Shown one piece after another: positions 58,389 through 64,000 of a DNA stretch of 64,000 bases (positions are counted from its first letter, which is position 1; every line of letters starts with the position of its first letter). The stretch covers positions 1 to 64,000 of the forward strand of contig JBLIRO010000015.1 in the NCBI GenBank assembly GCA_049472335.1. The letters are read 5' to 3'. A model generated the notes under the pieces. It saw only the letters and a program-made list of their open reading frames with translations, searched no databases and was not told the origin of the DNA. Source of the DNA: a bacterium (lineage in GTDB: Bacteria > SZUA-182 > DTGQ01 > JAFGSM01). The translations under genes were made by a program, and so were the position numbers.

Positions 58389-59883
58389 ATCCGTTTCTCC
58401 AAATCTCCGAGTGAATAATCTCCATATCTATTTTCCCTATAGTCAGTGCAAGCTTTGCCTGGGCGGAAAGATCACCGGATACAAGCTCAAAATGGGTTGC
58501 GTCAGCTATACTCTGTCCAAAGGTGGGATCAAGATGGATCCATTTTCCCACATATACCTTGGGCCAGGCGTGATAATAAAATCCGTCATTTATATAAACA
58601 AAGCCCGCACATATATCGGCAGGTATCCCACATGACCTTGCCAGGGCCACAAAGAGCACCGTATGTTCATTACAATCCCCTTCCCTGTTTAATAATACTG
58701 AAGTGGCAATCGGAATTCCTATGCTGAAAGCGCTATTCACATTTTCATGCACCCATTTACCTATCTTTTTGGCTGCAAGCCAGCTATTGTTTTCATCCCC
58801 TATTATATCAAGCGTTTTCGACACAATCTTCGGGTCCCTGCTTTGAATCCATATAGAGGGTTTGAGAAACCTGCTCAGATCATTGCCCTCATATGGCAAT
58901 GACAATGCACCTTGCTCATCCGCAAAGACCGATTTTATCTCTATAATACCTTTTTCCGGATCAATAACCCTCTGCCGTTCACCATCAAAGGAAAAATCCG
59001 CAAGATCGATACCGGAGATCCTGATTTTTAGAAACCCGGTTTTTCGGGGGACTTCGAGTTTTCTTTCCGTAATCACAGCAACATCATTTAGTATATCAAC
59101 ACGTTTGCCGGAAAAATCATTCATATATTGCTCTATCTTTTCCTTTGTGTCCTGCGCCATGACCCAACCATTTGCAGTCTCTTCCCGGACCACAAATCCG
59201 TTTTTATTTATCCATGTTTTTTGGGATAAGCCTGAAAATTCTGTCTTCAATACCAAATAATCTGCTTCCTCACCGATAACCTCTATATTGGTAGGCTCTG
59301 CGGTTAGTGTCAGGGGATTGAAAAGGTTCAATGTGTAGGAATCACCAACCTTAAGGCCCTTACCTCTGTAAATGGATAATATGCTGTTTTCAAGGAAAAA
59401 GTCATCCGCCGCTTCAAATATCCTTTTGTGTTTTGCCTTGCCATAACCTATTTCCACCAGCAGGTGATCTCCTAATCTCTTCCCTGTGATCGTTACACGG
59501 GTGATACCTGATATCATGGCCTCGAATTTAATCACCCGGAATGAGGTATCAAGCACCTCTCGGGAATGTATCTCTATATCCTTTAATTGCTCGAACATCT
59601 TAAAACGCAGATAAGAAATACTATCTATGAGATAACCCTTTCTATTACCTTCACTGTAAGGACATAAAGTTGTATGGGCATACCCTGCCCACTTATCTGA
59701 AATATATATACTTTTCCAATCGTCAACCTCTATATCCTCGGGTATGATCTCCCTGAAACTGCTTTTCACTTTATTATCTTTTTTGACGAGTTCTTCCTTG
59801 TTTATCAGAAGGACCATCATGGTTGCCCAGGAGATAAGTATAATGAGGTTTACGCATATCTTTAAGGCAAGCCCCTTGTTCAA
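58372..59883 (-). CDS. Membrane-anchored transglutaminase-like protein
   Basis: Triad GDCNEH / YHAW / LDPT; N-terminal TM; TTG start with SD AGGAG overlapping the cutA stop. Confidence 0.85.
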   Translation of the reverse strand: MNKGLALKICVNLIILISWATMMVLLINKEELVKKDNKVKSSFREIIPEDIEVDDWKSIYISDKWAGYAHTTLCPYSEGNRKGYLIDSISYLRFKMFEQLKDIEIHSREVLDTSFRVIKFEAMISGITRVTITGKRLGDHLLVEIGYGKAKHKRIFEAADDFFLENSILSIYRGKGLKVGDSYTLNLFNPLTLTAEPTNIEVIGEEADYLVLKTEFSGLSQKTWINKNGFVVREETANGWVMAQDTKEKIEQYMNDFSGKRVDILNDVAVITERKLEVPRKTGFLKIRISGIDLADFSFDGERQRVIDPEKGIIEIKSVFADEQGALSLPYEGNDLSRFLKPSIWIQSRDPKIVSKTLDIIGDENNSWLAAKKIGKWVHENVNSAFSIGIPIATSVLLNREGDCNEHTVLFVALARSCGIPADICAGFVYINDGFYYHAWPKVYVGKWIHLDPTFGQSIADATHFELVSGDLSAQAKLALTIGKIDMEIIHSEIWRNGYDRDQ

Positions 59884-60185
59884 CCTGTAACTTCTCCTAT
59901 CCATTCGAGATAATCGGGGTTCCCCTGCTCTATGTCGCATACAATAACCTCAGGCACATCATAGGAGTGTAGCTCTCTGATCCTTTCTATGACCTTTCCG
60001 GTTAATGAGGGTGTTGTCTTCATGAGGAGTAATGATTCCTTATCGGTTTCTATTTTCCCCTTCCACCAGTATTTACTCACAAGTCCGGTAATGATGTTTA
60101 CACATGCAACCAGTTTTTCCTCCAATAACTTCTCAGCCATTCCATCCGCCTCTTTTTCCGGGCAGGTGCTCATAATCAGTTTCAT
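59880..60185 (-). CDS. cutA: Divalent-cation tolerance protein CutA
   Basis: LVACVNI...SKYWWKG..E.LLLMKT...HSYDVPEV...YLEW; SD GGAGG before ATG 60185. Confidence 0.93.
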   Translation of the reverse strand: MKLIMSTCPEKEADGMAEKLLEEKLVACVNIITGLVSKYWWKGKIETDKESLLLMKTTPSLTGKVIERIRELHSYDVPEVIVCDIEQGNPDYLEWIGEVTG

Positions 60186-60542
60186 ATCAGTCCTCCTTCC
60201 CATATTAAAGGGATCTAAAGATGAAAAGATATTAGATATGTTCATTGTCTTGCTTCTAAAACCGTCTTCTAAGATAAATGACAGGGTGATTAGGCTATAG
60301 CTTGTTAACGATTTTTTTCTAAGGACGATTAATTCGAATTAATTGCCTGGAAAGGCTAGGCCGGGATTTTATGGTTTTGTGGATCCTGCAGGCCTGCCCA
60401 ATAAAATCAGGATTAAAAATATATTTTTTTCAATGTACTCAATTTATTATCTCCTAATTAATAATCCTCTTTTTAATGAATATTTTAGCAAGTAGATAAA
60501 AAGAAATAAAGGTATAAAAAGGTATAGTTAAAAAAAGATTTG

Positions 60543-60758
60543 ATTTATATGATCCCTGTTAAAAAAGAAGACCTCTTTAAAGCTTACTACCGGTGCAGGT
60601 TATAGATTCCCGGTCTTTCTCGATGGAGATTAAAACACAGTGACCATACACGGGGATAGTATCGTTCAGGTCCCTTTATCAGGTGGGAAAACAAGAAGAC
60701 TCTATCAATGTCTCACGATGGTCAAAGAGTAGCCTTTATCAAGATCTCCGATTTGTAA
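60543..60758 (+). pseudogene. Possible remnant of a TolB/PD40-like propeller gene
   Basis: LKLTTGAGYRFPVFLDGD*NTVTIHGDSIVQVPLSGG, then frameshifted SHDGQRVAFIK*. Confidence 0.35.
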
Positions 60759-60912
60759 TAGTTCATTATCTGACGGCCCATTTAGTGGTTTCCATTATTT
60801 ACTTTTCTCAATAGGTTCAATTTTGGATTGGTTTAGGCTATAATATCTCAAAATAATCTTCAGGAAAGATTTTTCATCAAGGCCTTTTTAAGATTTTTTT
60901 TAACAAAAAAAT

Positions 60913-62739
60913 ATGAAGGATGGGACAGCTATGAGACTTGAAGACATTGAAAACGTTTCACTTCGTGAATGGATAGAAGAATGCGCCGATCTGTGTAAAC
61001 CTGACAAAATCATAATATGTGACGGCTCGGAGGAGGAAAAGGAAAAGCTCACCAAGGAGGCCTTCTCCACAGGTGAGTTAATTCAATTAAACCAGGAAAA
61101 ACTTCCGGGCTGTGTATATCACCGAACAGCCGTCAATGATGTGGCAAGGACCGAGGGCCTCACATTTATATGCACCCATCTGAAATCAGATGCCGGCCCT
61201 ACCAATAACTGGATGAGCCCTGAAGAGGGATATCGCAGGGCAGGTGCAATTTTTTCAGGTTCCATGAAGGGCCGCACTATGTATGTTGTTCCTTTTTCCA
61301 TGGGGCCTGTGGGATCTCCATTTAGCAAGATCGGTGTCGAGTTGACAGACAGCATTTATGTGATCCTGAATATGCGGATCATGACCCGTATGGGAAAAGA
61401 AGTCCTTGAGCAATTAGGCCCCGCGGGTGAGTTCACCAAATGTTTGCACGGCAAGGCAGAACTTGATATCAAACGGAGATTGATCCTTCATTTCCCTGAA
61501 GACAATGCGATCTGGAGTGTTGGAAGCGGTTATGGAGGTAATGTGCTGCTAGGGAAAAAATGCCTTTCTTTGAGAATAGCCAGCTTTATGGCCCACAAGG
61601 AAGGCTGGATGGCCGAGCATATGCTCATCCTCGGAGTTGAAGAACCCAACGGCAGGATCATGTATGTTGCAGGAGCCTTTCCAAGCGCCTGCGGAAAGAC
61701 GAATCTGGCCATGCTTGTGCCGCCTGAAGCCTTAAAACACAAAGGGTATAAAATCTGGACAGTAGGAGATGATATCGCCTGGATGCGAATCGATACCGAT
61801 GGCACTCTGTGGGCCATTAATCCGGAATCGGGATTTTTCGGTGTGGCGCCCGGAACCAATTATAAAACAAATCCCAACGCAATGGAAACCATCAAAAAAA
61901 ATACGATTTACACGAATGTCCTTTTGAAACCTGACGGCACGGTCTGGTGGGAGGATGGTGACGGCGATCCCCCCGAGGAAGGAATAGACTGGAAAGGAAA
62001 TCCCTGGAGACCGGGGATGAAAGACGAAGACGGGAATATCATTAATGGTGCCCATCCTAACAGCCGGTTTACAGCTCCTATTTCTCAATGCCCCACTGCG
62101 TCTTTCCGCTTGGAGCAGCACCATGGAGTTCCCATTTCTGCCATCATTTTCGGAGGACGCAGGGCAAGGGTTGCCCCACTTGTCTACGAATCCTTTAGCT
62201 GGGAGCACGGAGTCTATATAGGAGGCACCATGGCTTCTGAAAGGACAGCGGCCCAGTTTGGCAAGTTAGGTGAGGTGAGGCGCGACCCTATGGCCATGTT
62301 ACCCTTTTGCGGGTATAATATGGCCGATTATTTCAGGCACTGGCTTTTCATGGGGCTGCGCATGAAAAAACAGCCCAGGATATTCCATGTCAACTGGTTT
62401 AAGATGGATAAGAATGGAAGATTTCTATGGCCCGGTTATGGCGAAAATCTGAGGGTCATTGAATGGATACTTGCCCGTTGCAGGGGTGAAGCACAAGCCA
62501 TGGAAACCCCCATCGGATTCATTCCAACTCCGGAAAGCCTTGATCTGTCGGGCCTTGATATCTCTTCCGGTGAGCTAAGCACCCTTTTAAGCATAGATCG
62601 GGAAGCCTGGATAGAAGAGCTGAAAGGCCATAAGGAGTTCTTCATCAAATTCGGCAAACGCCTGCCTTTGGAATTGTGGCAGCAATATCAGTCTTTGTGT
62701 AAAAGATTTGGTACGGATGGCGAAATACCTTTAACCTGA
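60913..62739 (+). CDS. pckG: Phosphoenolpyruvate carboxykinase (GTP)
   Basis: DVART, GSGYGGN.LLGKKC..LR, AFPSACGKTNLAM, GDDIAW, HPNSRF, DPMAMLPF. Confidence 0.97.
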   Translation: MKDGTAMRLEDIENVSLREWIEECADLCKPDKIIICDGSEEEKEKLTKEAFSTGELIQLNQEKLPGCVYHRTAVNDVARTEGLTFICTHLKSDAGPTNNWMSPEEGYRRAGAIFSGSMKGRTMYVVPFSMGPVGSPFSKIGVELTDSIYVILNMRIMTRMGKEVLEQLGPAGEFTKCLHGKAELDIKRRLILHFPEDNAIWSVGSGYGGNVLLGKKCLSLRIASFMAHKEGWMAEHMLILGVEEPNGRIMYVAGAFPSACGKTNLAMLVPPEALKHKGYKIWTVGDDIAWMRIDTDGTLWAINPESGFFGVAPGTNYKTNPNAMETIKKNTIYTNVLLKPDGTVWWEDGDGDPPEEGIDWKGNPWRPGMKDEDGNIINGAHPNSRFTAPISQCPTASFRLEQHHGVPISAIIFGGRRARVAPLVYESFSWEHGVYIGGTMASERTAAQFGKLGEVRRDPMAMLPFCGYNMADYFRHWLFMGLRMKKQPRIFHVNWFKMDKNGRFLWPGYGENLRVIEWILARCRGEAQAMETPIGFIPTPESLDLSGLDISSGELSTLLSIDREAWIEELKGHKEFFIKFGKRLPLELWQQYQSLCKRFGTDGEIPLT

Positions 62740-62903
62740 GTAAGGATTTAAAAACTTATCCGGTTTTTAAAGACATCGCTTCTGATTTTGGTGGGATAAT
62801 CTTTTGGTAAGTGGGGCCAGGTATTGAAATATGAGAACGGGTAAACGATATATTAAGTGGTTTAAATAATTTTATCATAAAATTGACAAAGCTTTTTGGT
62901 TGT

Positions 62904-63362
62904 TCACAGTGAATGATCTATCAAATCAGAATGTGAATTAATCCATTGCAAAATACTGGTTAAAACTGCCTCCAGATCCTTTAACTGTTCAAAACAAATC
63001 TTGTGCAATTCCTCTGCTGAAATTTCATTGTAAAAATGTACCATGCGGTTTCGATATCCCGCCATCTCTCGCATAACATCGGCATCCGATTTACTCAAAA
63101 CACCTTTTTCCAATAGCTCCAACGGGATATCTTTATACTCTGTAACTGCCTTGCCAAATCCTTTTGCCAGAATGTGTCTCCCTAAATCCATTAAAGCCTC
63201 CAAGGCCCTCCTAAGATAAGACTCTACCGCCGCAATATTTCGTGAATCAGAGATGAAGGAGTCATAAGAATCTATTGGTAAGTTGTTAATCTTTTCCAGC
63301 ATCTTTCTGATCCAGGATGTTTTCTCTACAATTACCTTCTCTCGAATCCTTGAAGGGGTCAT
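62904..63362 (-). CDS. HEPN (DUF86/HepT-like) ribonuclease toxin
   Basis: RNRMVHFY = RX4H motif followed by Tyr. Confidence 0.9.
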   Translation of the reverse strand: MTPSRIREKVIVEKTSWIRKMLEKINNLPIDSYDSFISDSRNIAAVESYLRRALEALMDLGRHILAKGFGKAVTEYKDIPLELLEKGVLSKSDADVMREMAGYRNRMVHFYNEISAEELHKICFEQLKDLEAVLTSILQWINSHSDLIDHSL

Positions 63363-63790
63363 GGAATCTCTCCGGTCAATATTTGAATCCTTCTTTGCCG
63401 CTCATAAAAGGCTAAATCACCCGCCCTGCGTAGTACATATAATTCATACCTTGCAGTTGCATCAGGATCTGAAGTATAAAGAAGTTCTCCTTCAATTATA
63501 GCAAGGCATAAAAAAGGGGGAGCCTCTGGCAATATTATCAAATCCACCCTGGAAACCCGAAGCAGATCTTCCAGTGCGATAGTTGCCTTAATCCTGTCTT
63601 GGGGTGTCAACAGAGAATCCCTGTCAGGCAAAACACCCAGATCGACATCAGAGTTGCTATCCTTATCCATATTTCCCTTTCCCTTTACAAAATCAGCAAC
63701 CTCTTTTGACCTGCTTCCGAACACATAAATGGCATTGATTCCATAATGATTGCAAACCGATTCCAGCCTTTCCAATGCCCTTACTTTCAT
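63359..63790 (-). CDS. Minimal nucleotidyltransferase antitoxin (MntA-like)
   Basis: YVFGSR..SDVDLGV..RVDL; ATGA overlap with the HEPN gene. Confidence 0.9.
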   Translation of the reverse strand: MKVRALERLESVCNHYGINAIYVFGSRSKEVADFVKGKGNMDKDSNSDVDLGVLPDRDSLLTPQDRIKATIALEDLLRVSRVDLIILPEAPPFLCLAIIEGELLYTSDPDATARYELYVLRRAGDLAFYERQRRIQILTGEIP

Positions 63791-64000
63791 GATAGATCTA
63801 TGCCTTAAAGATAATCATAAACTATGACTTTATATATTTACTTGATATTATATCTTATTATAGATTATTAGAACACTTCTGAAGAGAAGTTTATTTTATT
63901 TTTTGATATTATGTCAATATCCCCAGATTACATATCCCCCAGATTGCCCCTCCATAATTTTATATTTTTTTATTGGTTTTCCTTTAGGAGGAGAAATAAA

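Noticed and set aside
63918..63945. Short direct repeat atcccc(c)agatt, two copies
   Set aside because: Only two short copies at the window edge; function cannot be supported

Overview
Chromosomal window from an AT-rich, probably anaerobic diderm bacterium. This is inferred from outer-membrane barrels, an OmpA domain, Ni-CODH, MucR and sigma54 promoters; the taxon cannot be fixed from sequence alone. No rRNA, tRNA, CRISPR array or transposase was seen. The most striking locus is a same-strand cluster at 1171-20772. It starts with a 4794-aa surface protein (26 tandem 111-aa Calx-beta-like repeats, invasin-type Ig, DUF11, OmpA-like domain, Ig domains, C-terminal beta-barrel). A membrane-anchored FecR/FN3/Ig protein, a HAMP histidine kinase and two tandem REC-GGDEF proteins follow; the first REC-GGDEF is degenerate and frameshifted. 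Together these make a candidate trans-envelope surface-sensing to c-di-GMP pathway with no ECF sigma or TonB receptor. The rest of the window holds a RimB-like/RimK/HprK-like trio, several secreted Tyr/Gly/Pro/Asn-rich or beta-propeller proteins, a sugar kinase + nucleotidyltransferase pair, an orphan MNT, a CLCA-like metalloprotease-vWA lipoprotein and a porin. It also has cooF-cooS-FAD oxidoreductase (CxxC D-cluster type), Hpt, MucR, an N-terminally extended PilB-like ATPase, a catalytically degenerate cNMP-ABC exporter, a cutA-transglutaminase-ABC operon, GTP-PEPCK and an MNT-HEPN toxin-antitoxin pair. Non-coding signals include a recurring start-less SD-like leader motif, sigma54 promoters, an unannotated 29-aa membrane peptide and two gene remnants. 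All family calls are by motif recognition, not database search.
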